From Verrucomicrobiia bacterium (lineage in GTDB: Bacteria; Patescibacteriota; Saccharimonadia; Saccharimonadales; JAGQNK01), in contig DATHJY010000004.1 of NCBI GenBank assembly GCA_035489575.1, forward strand, positions 91,483 through 155,482: a stretch of 64,000 nt of DNA, read 5' to 3'. How positions within the stretch are numbered: position 1 is the first letter of the stretch; every line of letters starts with the position of its first letter. Of the stretch, positions 9,213 through 18,135 are shown piece by piece. Position numbers and translations under genes: made by a program. The notes under the pieces were generated by a model. It worked only from the letters and a program-made list of their open reading frames with translations. It was not told the origin of the DNA and did no database searches.

Positions 9213-10142
9213 ATGAGCTTTTCCCCTGAACACATGCCCTCAGAACCAGAAACATTTCCTTGGGTAGTAGAAGTAGACGGCAGAGTCCATGATCTTTCAA
9301 TAACGCTTTACGAACATCCAGACGCATCGTCCCGTGACACCTTGGCCCAGTATTACGGTGGCCTCGGAGAAAGAGGATTAGCACTTCCCAAAGCCGTCCA
9401 CGAGCTGGGTGTGAATGATCTGCAAGCAACTGCGGTAGAGCTACCGTTTCGGGAACTTCCTGCAGAGGCAAAATACATCGAGTTCATGGCGACCGAAGCC
9501 CCACAAGCTGTTGCCGCACACCTGAACGAAAGGGCTGGCAAACCTGGTGACGCGCCCGCCCACCGCCTCGGAAACTCCCAGGGCAGTGGGGTAGCCCTCA
9601 TCTCGGCTGGTGCAGCCCCCGAAGGCGTCGACATTGTCGCTGTTATGGGAGTGCTCGGACTCAACAAAGAAGCCTTCCAGAATCATCCACTGGGCGCAAA
9701 GGCTGGCTTTCTCTACCGTTTTGCAGTCAAGAACGCTCTACTACGCATGGAGCAAAACTTGCTGGTAGATCCCAAGGGTAACTTCGATGCAATAAGAGAA
9801 GTAGGCGGCTACGTCCTTGCCGAAATGCTAAGTGGACGGCTCAACCCAACGCTTGACTATGCCCTGGATAAATCACTGGTGCCTCAACTAAGTACGCTCA
9901 TTGCCGAGGGTCACGACGTCGGCCTCTTCTTGGGCAAGCGGGATCCAAACTTCCGACCTAAAGAAGTAGGGGCTACCCTGGACACCATTGGCGCTCGTAG
10001 TCTGCTGCATGTTGTCCCTGGCAGTCACGGTACTACCAATAACTGGGGCGGTCGCCGCCAGCTGGGGCACGTGGGTCGGTGGGTACGACAGGTCGAGGAC
10101 GATCGTAACCTGCCAGAGCCAGACGAAGCCCAGGTGGCTTAG
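9213..10142 (+). CDS. putative alpha/beta-fold hydrolase
   Basis: GNSQG fits the GxSxG nucleophile elbow, and a C-terminal His (VVPGSHG) is in the usual position. No signal peptide. Confidence 0.55.
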   Translation: MSFSPEHMPSEPETFPWVVEVDGRVHDLSITLYEHPDASSRDTLAQYYGGLGERGLALPKAVHELGVNDLQATAVELPFRELPAEAKYIEFMATEAPQAVAAHLNERAGKPGDAPAHRLGNSQGSGVALISAGAAPEGVDIVAVMGVLGLNKEAFQNHPLGAKAGFLYRFAVKNALLRMEQNLLVDPKGNFDAIREVGGYVLAEMLSGRLNPTLDYALDKSLVPQLSTLIAEGHDVGLFLGKRDPNFRPKEVGATLDTIGARSLLHVVPGSHGTTNNWGGRRQLGHVGRWVRQVEDDRNLPEPDEAQVA

Positions 10143-10162
10143 TCTTGCCTAACAGATAGGAG

Positions 10163-10173
10163 TATGCTAATAT
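10163..10173 (+). promoter_or_regulatory. extended -10 element (TATGCTAATAT) upstream of rpsO leader
   Basis: Member of the recurrent TATGCTAnAnT motif seen upstream of several operons in this window. Confidence 0.4.
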
Positions 10174-10246
10174 GGTGCCTAACGCCATCAAAACTCTTCC
10201 GTAAACGTAAATAGATTGGGACTAGATGATTTTCATGCAAGCATTA

Positions 10247-10386
10247 CAGAACTCCTTTCCGCTGCAAAGCATTCTGGCGGCACCAGCTGCTAGTTTTGCT
10301 CGTCAGCGTACCGATGGGTATGCCTCCTCACAAGAACTAACAGCTGGCACTCACCAGAATGCCTTCCAGCTAGGAAAGGAGTTCTG
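10247..10386 (+). promoter_or_regulatory. rpsO 5' leader: long nested helix sequestering the Shine-Dalgarno
   Basis: cagaactcctttcc (10247-10260) is perfectly complementary to ggaaaggagttctg (10373-10386), which contains the SD aaggag. Nested helices are 10269-10277/10354-10362 (9 bp) and 10283-10289/10341-10347 (7 bp). Confidence 0.55.
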
Positions 10387-10387
10387 A

Positions 10388-10654
10388 ATGATTGCATCTG
10401 AAAAGAAGCAGACAATCGTTGCTGACCTGCAAAAGGAAAAGAACGACACCGGCAGCCCCGCTGTGCAGGTTGGTATCTTGACTGAGCGTATCAGGGAGCT
10501 CACCGAGCACCTCAAGGTAAACAAACACGACTTCATGGCTCGCCGTGGTCTGTTGCAAATGGTTGGCAAGCGCAAGCGTTTGCTGAAGTACATCGCACAA
10601 AAAGACAGCCAGGCTTACCTGGATCTGATCAAAAAACTAGGTATTCGTCGCTAG
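10388..10654 (+). CDS. rpsO: 30S ribosomal protein S15
   Basis: GSPAVQVGILTERIRELTEHLKVNKHDFMARRGLLQMVGKRKRLLKY is canonical S15. Confidence 0.95.
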   Translation: MIASEKKQTIVADLQKEKNDTGSPAVQVGILTERIRELTEHLKVNKHDFMARRGLLQMVGKRKRLLKYIAQKDSQAYLDLIKKLGIRR

Positions 10655-10829
10655 AAAAGTGCATAAACCACCGTTCTTGAATCTCGAGAGCGGCAACTTG
10701 TGCACATTACAAGAGGGAACAGGTCGCTGGCAGAGCACCAGATATACGCGTGCATTATTTAAGCACAAGGCTCGTAGTATATTTGCACCCTGGCAGTGAC
10801 AACTCCCAGAAAGGTCTTCAGAAAGATAG

Positions 10830-12968
10830 ATGAGCACCATCAATCCCTTTGGAAAAAAAGTAATAACCGTAGAGACTAACTTCTGCGGCAAGAAACTCTC
10901 GCTCGAAGTAGGGCGGGTTGGTTTTCGTACCAGTGCCTCAGTGCTTGCCCGTTACGGTGACACTGTTGTACTTGGCACAGCTATGGTCAGCGAGAAGTCC
11001 GTGGGTCACATGGACTATTTCCCATTGAGCATCGACTACGAAGAAAAAATGTACGCCGCCGGCAAGATTAGCGGTAGCCGATTTATCAAGCGCGAAGGTC
11101 GTCCCAGTGACGACTCTGTACTGATTGGCCGCCTGATCGACCGACCTATCCGACCCCTATGGCCAAAAGGCTTCCGTTACGAAGTACAGGGCGTCGCCTC
11201 TGTGCTCAGTCTGGACCCAGCCTTTCGCCCTGACATGATTGCCATGATTGCCATGAGCGCCGCCTTTATGCTTACTGGTGCACCGTTCGACGGCCCTGTT
11301 GCAGGTATACGTGTAGGCATGAAGGACGACAAGTATCAGGCCTTTATGACCGCCGAAGAGCTAGACACCGGCAAACTCGACCTGGTGGTGGCCGGTACCG
11401 AAAACGGCGTCATGATGGTAGAGGCCGGCGCTAACGAAGCGACCGAAGAACAAGTAGCCGACGCCATCACCTGGGCCCAAGAAGCTATGCAGCCTGCTAT
11501 CAAGCTGCAGAAAGACCTGGTCAAGAAAGTTGGCGTGGTCAAAAAAGAATACGAAGTCTTGCTACCTGACGACTCCATCCAGAAAGAGGTAGACAAGTGG
11601 CTGGCCGGCAAGCTAGGCGAAAAACTACGGGCACCGTACCCAGAACGCAACGTCTTGGTTGCCAGCTTGCGTGATGAGTTCCATAAAGCCTTTGCCGAAA
11701 AGCACGGTGAAGACTATGACGACAAGCGCGGCAGCTACGAAGATGCCATGACGCTGGCCATTCATAAGGATGTCCGCCAAGAGATCGTCAAGAAAAAGAT
11801 TCGTCCAGACGGCCGCAAACTAGAAGAAATCCGCACGCTCAGCAGCGAAATAGCCCTGTTACCACGGGCTCATGGTTCTAGCATCTTCACCAGAGGCATG
11901 ACCCAAGCCCTGAACATTGTGACCCTGGCACCGCTCAGCTACGCTCAGATGGTAGACACCATGGAAAAACAGGGCGAGCGACGCTATTTTCACCACTACA
12001 ACGCCCCTGGCTATACGGTTGGTGAAGTAAAGCGCCTCGGCAGTCCTGGCCGGCGCGAAATTGGCCATGGCTATTTGGCCGAACGAGCTCTGACAGCCGT
12101 GCTTCCTGAAGAGTCGGAATTCCCCTATACCATTCGGTCAGTGACTGAAATAATGAGCCAGAACGGCAGCACCAGCATGGCAGCGACATGTAGTAGTTGT
12201 TTAGCGCTGATGGATGCAGGTGTGCCGCTCAAACGGCCAGTCAGTGGTATTGCCATGGGACTGATGCTGGATGGCGACAAACCTTATATCATGAGTGATA
12301 TCGCAGATGCCGAAGATTTTGCCGGAGACATGGATTTCAAGGTAACCGGCACCACGGAAGGTATCACAGCGCTACAAATGGACATGAAGGTCCATGGACT
12401 AAGCCCCGATATCTTGCGCCAAGCACTCGCCCAAGCCAAAGCAGGCCGCGCTCATATTCTCGAGCACATGCTGACTACCATCAAAGAGCCTCGTGCCGAG
12501 ATGAGTCCCTACGCTCCACGGGTAGAAAGCATTCAGATCAACCCAGACAAGATTCGCGAAATTATTGGCAAGGGTGGCGAGACTATCAACAAGATTATTG
12601 CCGAGACCGGTGCCGAGATAGACATCAAAGACGACGGCACGGTATTCATCGCCAGCCCAGACAAGGCAAGCATCGACGGTGCTATCAAGTACATTAAGAA
12701 CCTGACCGAAGACCCCGAAATAGGCACTATCTACAAAGATGCGCCTGTGGTGAGTGTCATGGACTTTGGTGCCTTTGTACAGATTTTGCCTGGCAAAGAT
12801 GGCCTGGTGCACGTATCAGAAATGAAAGAAGAGCGTGTTAACAAGCCAAGTGACGTGGTCAAAGAAGGCGACCTGGTGACTGTCAAGCTAGTAGCTATAG
12901 ATGAGAGGGGCCGCCTCAACCTCAGCATGAAGCAAGCCGCCCGTGAACTAAACGACAAGAAGAAATAA
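10830..12968 (+). CDS. pnp: polyribonucleotide nucleotidyltransferase (PNPase)
   Basis: Two RNase PH-like halves followed by KH (IGKGGETINKI) and S1 (GAFVQILPGKDGLVHVSE) domains. Classic rpsO-pnp synteny. Confidence 0.95.
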   Translation: MSTINPFGKKVITVETNFCGKKLSLEVGRVGFRTSASVLARYGDTVVLGTAMVSEKSVGHMDYFPLSIDYEEKMYAAGKISGSRFIKREGRPSDDSVLIGRLIDRPIRPLWPKGFRYEVQGVASVLSLDPAFRPDMIAMIAMSAAFMLTGAPFDGPVAGIRVGMKDDKYQAFMTAEELDTGKLDLVVAGTENGVMMVEAGANEATEEQVADAITWAQEAMQPAIKLQKDLVKKVGVVKKEYEVLLPDDSIQKEVDKWLAGKLGEKLRAPYPERNVLVASLRDEFHKAFAEKHGEDYDDKRGSYEDAMTLAIHKDVRQEIVKKKIRPDGRKLEEIRTLSSEIALLPRAHGSSIFTRGMTQALNIVTLAPLSYAQMVDTMEKQGERRYFHHYNAPGYTVGEVKRLGSPGRREIGHGYLAERALTAVLPEESEFPYTIRSVTEIMSQNGSTSMAATCSSCLALMDAGVPLKRPVSGIAMGLMLDGDKPYIMSDIADAEDFAGDMDFKVTGTTEGITALQMDMKVHGLSPDILRQALAQAKAGRAHILEHMLTTIKEPRAEMSPYAPRVESIQINPDKIREIIGKGGETINKIIAETGAEIDIKDDGTVFIASPDKASIDGAIKYIKNLTEDPEIGTIYKDAPVVSVMDFGAFVQILPGKDGLVHVSEMKEERVNKPSDVVKEGDLVTVKLVAIDERGRLNLSMKQAARELNDKKK

Positions 12969-12977
12969 GCAATAAGC

Positions 12978-13178
12978 ATGAAGAAAACCCCAGAAGCATT
13001 TAGCAAACCAACCGCCTTGCACCTGCAGAGCATAGCCGCCTTTGCGCTGGCGTATATTCTCGGATCGCGTGCCATAGACACGGGCAGTTGGTGGCAGTAT
13101 CTGGGGTGCGTCATGCTTCTGGTAGTGGGTATTAAGTTGGGGATTCGCTCTTTCAGAACCTATGGCAAAAAAAGATGA
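12978..13178 (+). CDS. small hypothetical membrane protein (66 aa)
   Basis: Two hydrophobic stretches. Its 3' end overlaps the next gene by 17 nt. Coding status uncertain. Confidence 0.35.
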   Translation: MKKTPEAFSKPTALHLQSIAAFALAYILGSRAIDTGSWWQYLGCVMLLVVGIKLGIRSFRTYGKKR

Positions 13179-13728
13179 TTTAGAACAGTTAAAAGCCAAA
13201 ATCTTGGCAGACAATGTGTGCCAAGATTTGGCTGCCCAGGCCACGCAGATTGTGTTTGGTGATGGCAGTGCAGACGCCCAGATCGTCTTTATTGGTGAGG
13301 CTCCAGGCAAGCACGAGGATCTACAGGGTCTGCCATTTGTCGGAGCAGCCGGGAAGTTTCTGGACGAGATGCTAGAGATGATCGGCATGCAACGAAAGGA
13401 CATTTACATTACCAATATCGTAAAGTACCGCCCGCCTAATAACCGGGACCCACTGCCCGAAGAAAAAGCCGTCTTCTTGCCGTACTTGCAAGCCCAGTTG
13501 GACATAATTCAGCCCAAGCTGGTGGCCACCCTTGGTCGCCATAGCATGAATTGTTTCCTACCGGACTTACAAATTAGCAAAGTCCATGGCCAGCCCAAAC
13601 GACACAAGGGCAGGGTCTATTTGCCGCTGTTTCACCCAGCAGCAGCCTTATATAACGGAGGTATGCGCCAGACACTTATAGATGACTTTGCGCGCATCCC
13701 ACTCATTTTAGACAAGATAAAAGCCTAA
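13162..13728 (+). CDS. uracil-DNA glycosylase superfamily protein, family 4-like
   Basis: GEAPGKHEDLQGLPFVGAAGKFL and YITNIVKYRPPNNRDP match family-4 UDG motifs. The cysteines that normally bind the 4Fe-4S cluster are mostly absent (VKYRPP instead of VKCRPP). Confidence 0.8.
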   Translation: MAKKDDLEQLKAKILADNVCQDLAAQATQIVFGDGSADAQIVFIGEAPGKHEDLQGLPFVGAAGKFLDEMLEMIGMQRKDIYITNIVKYRPPNNRDPLPEEKAVFLPYLQAQLDIIQPKLVATLGRHSMNCFLPDLQISKVHGQPKRHKGRVYLPLFHPAAALYNGGMRQTLIDDFARIPLILDKIKA

Positions 13729-13928
13729 GAACCTGTCCATGATCTCCAATTTCACCCCAAAACCGCCCATTCCGGCGCCAATCCGCCCTAGCCTATCAGC
13801 CGTAACTACGGTTACGCCAGATAAACTAGAACGAATTGTCATCCAAAGTGGATCAGTTTTGGAGGCAAAAGCGAAATCATGAACAGATTCTAAGAACCCT
13901 TTAACCTACGAAAGGAATAAAAACAAGT

Positions 13929-16043
13929 ATGAACAAACCAACTAATCAGAATAAACGCGGCCAAGGCGGAGCCCCTGCACGGGGTCGCACCAGACCTTTG
14001 GTGGGTGGAGCACCCGTACGCAGCGCCAGCCGCGGTGCTGCTATCCGCGCCCAGAAACGTACCCATGACGATGCCCAACGGGTTATCAGCCAATACCTAG
14101 AAGTGCCTGAAAAATCAGAAGGCAAGCGCCCCCAGCGGGCCAACTTTATCGACGACAATCCCCGCCTCAAGATCATCGGACTCGGTGGCATGGACGGTGG
14201 TGGGTCAAAGAACATGGTCCTGGTCGAATACATGAACGACGCCGTAATTATCGACGCCGGAAACGACCTAGGGGTCGACCTGCCAGGTATCAACTACGGC
14301 ATTTGCGATGTTAGCTATGTCGAATCTATCAAGCACAAGTTGCGCGGCTACATTATTACGCATGGCCACCTGGACCACATTGGTGGACTGCCGCACATTG
14401 TACCCAAGCTACCAGCACCTATTTATGGCTCACGCTTCTCCATTGGACGCGTAGAAGAAATCTTCCAGAACTTTGGGCTGCCTATGCCCGAAGGCTTCAA
14501 CCTAGAGACCGTGATCATGAACGAAAACACGCACGAGCGACTCAAGGTCGGACCGTTCTTTGTGGAACTCGTACGCGTTACGCACTCCATACCTGGCAGC
14601 ACCGTGGTGGTGCTCGATACTCCAGTAGGTCGCATCGTCAACACTGGTGACTTCCGTCTGGACCCTAATCCACTAGACCACGAGCGTACGGATATCGAAC
14701 GGCTCAAGCAACTGGGCGACGAAGGTGTGCTGGCGCTGCTCAGCGAGAGCACCACTACCGACCGTCTGGGTCGCACGCCATCAGAGAGCACCATCGAACA
14801 GAGTTATGTAGACATCATGGACAAAGCCCCAGGACGTATCTTTGTGGCTATCTTTAGTACTAACGTCAACCGCGTGCAGATGATCGTGAATGCTGCCGTA
14901 CACCACAACAAAAAGATCGCCCTAGATGGCCGCAGTATGATCAGTACCCTAGAAATGGCAGTGCGCAACGGCTTTATCAAGATTCCCAAAGGGACATTTG
15001 TGCCCATTTCTACCGTGCCCAATCTAAAAGACCAAGACGTCGTAGTAGTATGTACCGGTGGACAGGGCGAGCCCAGCAGTGCCTTGCAGCGCATGGCCAG
15101 TGGCGACCACAAGCACGTCAAACTAAAAGAGCAAGACACCGTTATCCTCAGTAGTACGCCTATCCCAGAGAGTGGCAACGACGCGCTTATTTCTGCCATG
15201 GTAGACAACCTGATGCGCAAGAATGTGCATGTTTTCCAGCACATCACCCACGAACTAGACGGCAACGGACCGCTGCACGTGTCTGGTCACGCTAGTATCG
15301 ACGAATATGCTGACATGATTAATATGACCAAGCCCAAATATTTCATTCCGATTTATGGGTCTTACTATAAAAAACAGCGCCACATAGAAATCGCAATAGA
15401 GAACAACATCCCGCGCAAAGATTGCGTAAATGCCGAGAACGGCGACATAGTAGAACTGTCACCAGACGCCATCCAGATTACCGGTAAAGTACCAGTTGGT
15501 ACTGTGTTGGTAGACCAGTCTGGTGCCATCGTTAGCAGCGTGGTTATCAAGGACCGCCTGATGTTGGCAGAAGAAGGCTTGGTAGCCATTGTTCTAACCA
15601 TAGACAAAAAGACCGGCAACCTGCTTACTAGCCCAGATATCATCAGCCGTGGTTTCATATATATGCGCGATAACGAAGAGCTCATGAACGCTTTCCGTAT
15701 AGAGCTGAAGCGGGCAGTCAGCCAGCGCTTTAAGCGAGTAGATCTGGACCGATTCAAGCTAGAGCTCAAAGAGCATGTCACCCATTTCTTGTTCGAGTAC
15801 ACCCAGCGCAGTCCAATTGTCATACCTGTTGTGAATGTCATCGCAGGCAAGGGCGGTAATGGCGGTAATGGTAATGGCACTGCTCCTGCTGCTGCAGGAA
15901 CAGCTCCTGGTAAAAAACAGGCTCCCGGTACTCCTCCTCCGCCTCCAGCCGAACCAACCCCAGACGAGATTGCCGCCGAACAACAGCGCCGCTTCGAAGA
16001 AATGCGTGCCCGCCTCCTTGGCCAAGACGCCCGCACAGACTAG
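13929..16043 (+). CDS. rnj: ribonuclease J with basic N-terminal and Gly/Pro-rich C-terminal extensions
   Basis: Metallo-beta-lactamase motif ITHGHLDHIGG, a beta-CASP layout and HVSGHAS. About 70 aa of RG-rich leader and about 70 aa of low-complexity tail. Confidence 0.9.
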   Translation: MNKPTNQNKRGQGGAPARGRTRPLVGGAPVRSASRGAAIRAQKRTHDDAQRVISQYLEVPEKSEGKRPQRANFIDDNPRLKIIGLGGMDGGGSKNMVLVEYMNDAVIIDAGNDLGVDLPGINYGICDVSYVESIKHKLRGYIITHGHLDHIGGLPHIVPKLPAPIYGSRFSIGRVEEIFQNFGLPMPEGFNLETVIMNENTHERLKVGPFFVELVRVTHSIPGSTVVVLDTPVGRIVNTGDFRLDPNPLDHERTDIERLKQLGDEGVLALLSESTTTDRLGRTPSESTIEQSYVDIMDKAPGRIFVAIFSTNVNRVQMIVNAAVHHNKKIALDGRSMISTLEMAVRNGFIKIPKGTFVPISTVPNLKDQDVVVVCTGGQGEPSSALQRMASGDHKHVKLKEQDTVILSSTPIPESGNDALISAMVDNLMRKNVHVFQHITHELDGNGPLHVSGHASIDEYADMINMTKPKYFIPIYGSYYKKQRHIEIAIENNIPRKDCVNAENGDIVELSPDAIQITGKVPVGTVLVDQSGAIVSSVVIKDRLMLAEEGLVAIVLTIDKKTGNLLTSPDIISRGFIYMRDNEELMNAFRIELKRAVSQRFKRVDLDRFKLELKEHVTHFLFEYTQRSPIVIPVVNVIAGKGGNGGNGNGTAPAAAGTAPGKKQAPGTPPPPPAEPTPDEIAAEQQRRFEEMRARLLGQDARTD

Positions 16044-16095
16044 CTTAAGAGGAGATGACTCCACGTCGAGGCCAAGCCTGAGCTATAATTTGAGC

Positions 16096-16704
16096 ATGCA
16101 GACAAAGGGTGAACTCATAACCGGGCGACAGGCAAAGACTTACGATTATCGCGGTGCAGTATGGAATCGCATCAAGGCAAGACATCTGACCTTGGTCAAT
16201 CCTCAGCCTGGGCAGCGTGTCCTGGATGTGGGGTGCGGTACGGGCAGGACTCTGCAACTGCTGAGTCAAAAGTGTGACAAGGGCGTACAGCTCTACGGGC
16301 TTGAGCCGTCACCCGATATGCTTGAGCGAGCACGGGCAGGGCTCGGGAAACGGGCCCAGATTCGGCAGGGGTTTGCTCAAGAGTTGCCGTATCCCACTGC
16401 TCATTTTGATTTCGTTATAAGTACTCAGGTGCTACACCATATCCCTCTGGTAGGAAAAAAAGAAATGCTATCAGAAATGCACCGCATATTAAAACCGGGC
16501 GGCACGCTGGTATTGAGCGATTGGGGTAAGCCTACGACTACCTTGGGTAAAATCATAGGGCTCTTATGGCGTAACCATGCCTACGTACAAGCCAACAGAA
16601 ATATCCTCACTACAGGCTTTCTCCAGACTATAGACCTCAATACGCACGAGATTGTGCAGTTCGGAGTAGTACACCACCTAGTGGGCAAAAAGCAGAGAGA
16701 GTAG
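16096..16704 (+). CDS. class I SAM-dependent methyltransferase
   Basis: VLDVGCGTGRT is the SAM-binding motif I. I chose the in-frame ATG at 16096 (MQTKGEL) because the track ORF start at 15835 overlaps rnj. Confidence 0.75.
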   Translation: MQTKGELITGRQAKTYDYRGAVWNRIKARHLTLVNPQPGQRVLDVGCGTGRTLQLLSQKCDKGVQLYGLEPSPDMLERARAGLGKRAQIRQGFAQELPYPTAHFDFVISTQVLHHIPLVGKKEMLSEMHRILKPGGTLVLSDWGKPTTTLGKIIGLLWRNHAYVQANRNILTTGFLQTIDLNTHEIVQFGVVHHLVGKKQRE

Positions 16705-16720
16705 CTGACATGCATGTATA

Positions 16721-16839
16721 ACCTGAATCCCGAAACTCAATTTAACAGAGGTAGGTGAAAATGAAAGTCTACTCACCCCAACAGAGACGGCAACTTCACC
16801 CAAATCCTTATAACAGGGGTGTAGTTTCGGGATTCAGGT
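16721..16839. mobile_element. MITE-like element (119 bp), perfect 17-bp TIRs, 6-bp TSD TGTATA
   Basis: acctgaatcccgaaact (16721-16737) is the exact reverse complement of agtttcgggattcaggt (16823-16839). tgtata flanks both ends (16715-16720 and 16840-16845). Confidence 0.7.
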
Positions 16840-16866
16840 TGTATAAACTTGATAAAAGTACAGTTT

Positions 16867-16877
16867 TATGCTATATT
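16867..16877 (+). promoter_or_regulatory. extended -10 element (TATGCTATATT)
   Basis: Recurrent motif, 26 nt upstream of the ATG at 16903. Confidence 0.4.
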
Positions 16878-16902
16878 AAAATAGTTGAAACGAAAATAAA
16901 AA

Positions 16903-17889
16903 ATGGAAAATCTACTTCCCAATACAGCTCACGAAGTACCTCTTGTGCCCTCTGGGGCTGAGGTTCGGGAACCCTTGGATCGGCTAAGTGATGAAGAGTT
17001 TTTGCAAGCCTCACAGGAGTTCGGCAACACATACGCTGCACTGGTACGAGGAGAGGCGGTCGACGACTTTCCAGCTTCGGCAGAGGTGCAGGCAACCCTT
17101 GATGCTGCCGGTCAAAAACTAGAGGGTCTGGATGAGTCTCAGCGCGCGAAAGTAGTTATTGGTCAGTATCGAAGCGTGCTCAGAGAAGCCTACGAAGCTG
17201 CAGGACACGAGCCGCCTATCGATAGTGGCGAGCCGGATGAAGCAGCGCTTGCATCCGTAACTAGAGTAGAGCAGGGTCCTTACGGTACACAGATTGTATA
17301 CACTAATGGCAAGCAGAACGAGGCGTTGTTTGGTAGTGATAGCCTCGCGTTTGCTGCCTCAGAGGCCATGCTCCAGCACTATAACACCCCTATAGTGGTG
17401 GTGTACGAAGGATATGGTGACAACGAGAAGCAAGAGGTCATGACACATGAAACCAGCCATGCCGTATGGGGAGTGCTGCGTGCCAGTGGCGTGATACCTT
17501 CACCCCAGGGTGAGGACGATCGTGCGGGTGCCGGCCGTTCGGCATTCGAGCTTGCCCGAGACGAAGCGGCCGCCCTGATGGTGGCTGGTCAGAGGAAGAT
17601 AGTTCATTCCAATGTCGTGACCCGCATGGAACAGGAAGGGTATAGCGCCGAACAGGTTGAAAGGTATCGTGCTCTGGGCGAGGGTTTTAATGCAATGGCC
17701 GTCCAGGATAAGCCCATAGAACTTTCTAGTGCGTTGCTCGGTATAGTATCTGCCCGGACCTTTGATGAGCTAGAGGTAAACATGACCAGGTTGGCTCGAC
17801 TAACCCAGGCCCTTCCGGGAGTAGAGAAACCGGCAAATGACAGTGCAGAAGTCGAAACGCCCGATGAAGCACCTATGTGGACCCTCTAG
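16903..17889 (+). CDS. HExxH-motif protein, putative zinc metallopeptidase-like (328 aa), paralog group member 1
   Basis: MTHETSHAVWG contains HExxH, followed by FELARDEAAAL. No signal peptide. The gene is flanked by MITE-like elements. Confidence 0.6.
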   Translation: MENLLPNTAHEVPLVPSGAEVREPLDRLSDEEFLQASQEFGNTYAALVRGEAVDDFPASAEVQATLDAAGQKLEGLDESQRAKVVIGQYRSVLREAYEAAGHEPPIDSGEPDEAALASVTRVEQGPYGTQIVYTNGKQNEALFGSDSLAFAASEAMLQHYNTPIVVVYEGYGDNEKQEVMTHETSHAVWGVLRASGVIPSPQGEDDRAGAGRSAFELARDEAAALMVAGQRKIVHSNVVTRMEQEGYSAEQVERYRALGEGFNAMAVQDKPIELSSALLGIVSARTFDELEVNMTRLARLTQALPGVEKPANDSAEVETPDEAPMWTL

Positions 17890-17899
17890 GTAGAAGAGT

Positions 17900-18023
17900 A
17901 CCTGAATCACGAATTAGAACCCCTGTTAAATTACAGATAGGATGTATCCGAATCAGGCCCCCTTATCTGTCGGAAAAGCACAAGAGAATCAGACTAACAG
18001 ATAGGCTAATTCGTGATTGGGGT
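17900..18023. mobile_element. second MITE-like element (124 bp), 18-bp TIRs with 2 mismatches
   Basis: acctgaatcacgaattag (17900-17917) versus the reverse complement of ctaattcgtgattggggt (18006-18023) gives 16/18 matches. No clear TSD. Confidence 0.5.
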
Positions 18024-18032
18024 GCGTAAATA

Positions 18033-18061
18033 TTGAATTATCTTTGTAAAAATGGTATAGT
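18033..18061 (+). promoter_or_regulatory. sigma70-like promoter (TTGAAT-17-TATAGT)
   Basis: An AT-rich promoter immediately upstream of the high-GC lipoprotein gene. Confidence 0.4.
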
Positions 18062-18135
18062 TTGCACGACTCTATCAGAGTTTTGTTTGCCCAAGAAGTG
18101 CAAGTTCGTACCCGAAATTACAGAGAGGAGCGGCA

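Noticed and set aside
15841-15880. Short tandem ggcggtaat/ggtaat repeats (and similar GGN runs in ssb at 24630-24670) as possible CRISPR or satellite.
   Set aside because: They are in-frame Gly/Asn or Gly codon runs inside CDSs, with no spacer-repeat periodicity. No CRISPR-like array exists anywhere in the window.
15835-16095. The N-terminal 87 codons of the track ORF 15835-16704, which overlap the 3' end of rnj.
   Set aside because: This part translates the RNase J low-complexity tail in another frame. The methyltransferase fold begins after the in-frame ATG at 16096, so the shorter CDS was annotated.
16745-16757. Shared 12-mers. taacagaggtag occurs in MITE-1 and in the ychF promoter repeats. 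ctaacagatagg occurs in MITE-2 (17994-18005) and downstream of the hydrolase gene (10149-10160).
   Set aside because: Twelve-mers recur by chance many times in a window this size, and the similarity does not extend beyond the core. It is not used as evidence for a relationship.
16755-16961. A 68-aa ORF spanning MITE-1 and the promoter of the HExxH gene.
   Set aside because: It starts inside the inverted-repeat element and runs across the TIR and the promoter into the next gene's start. It has no coding features.
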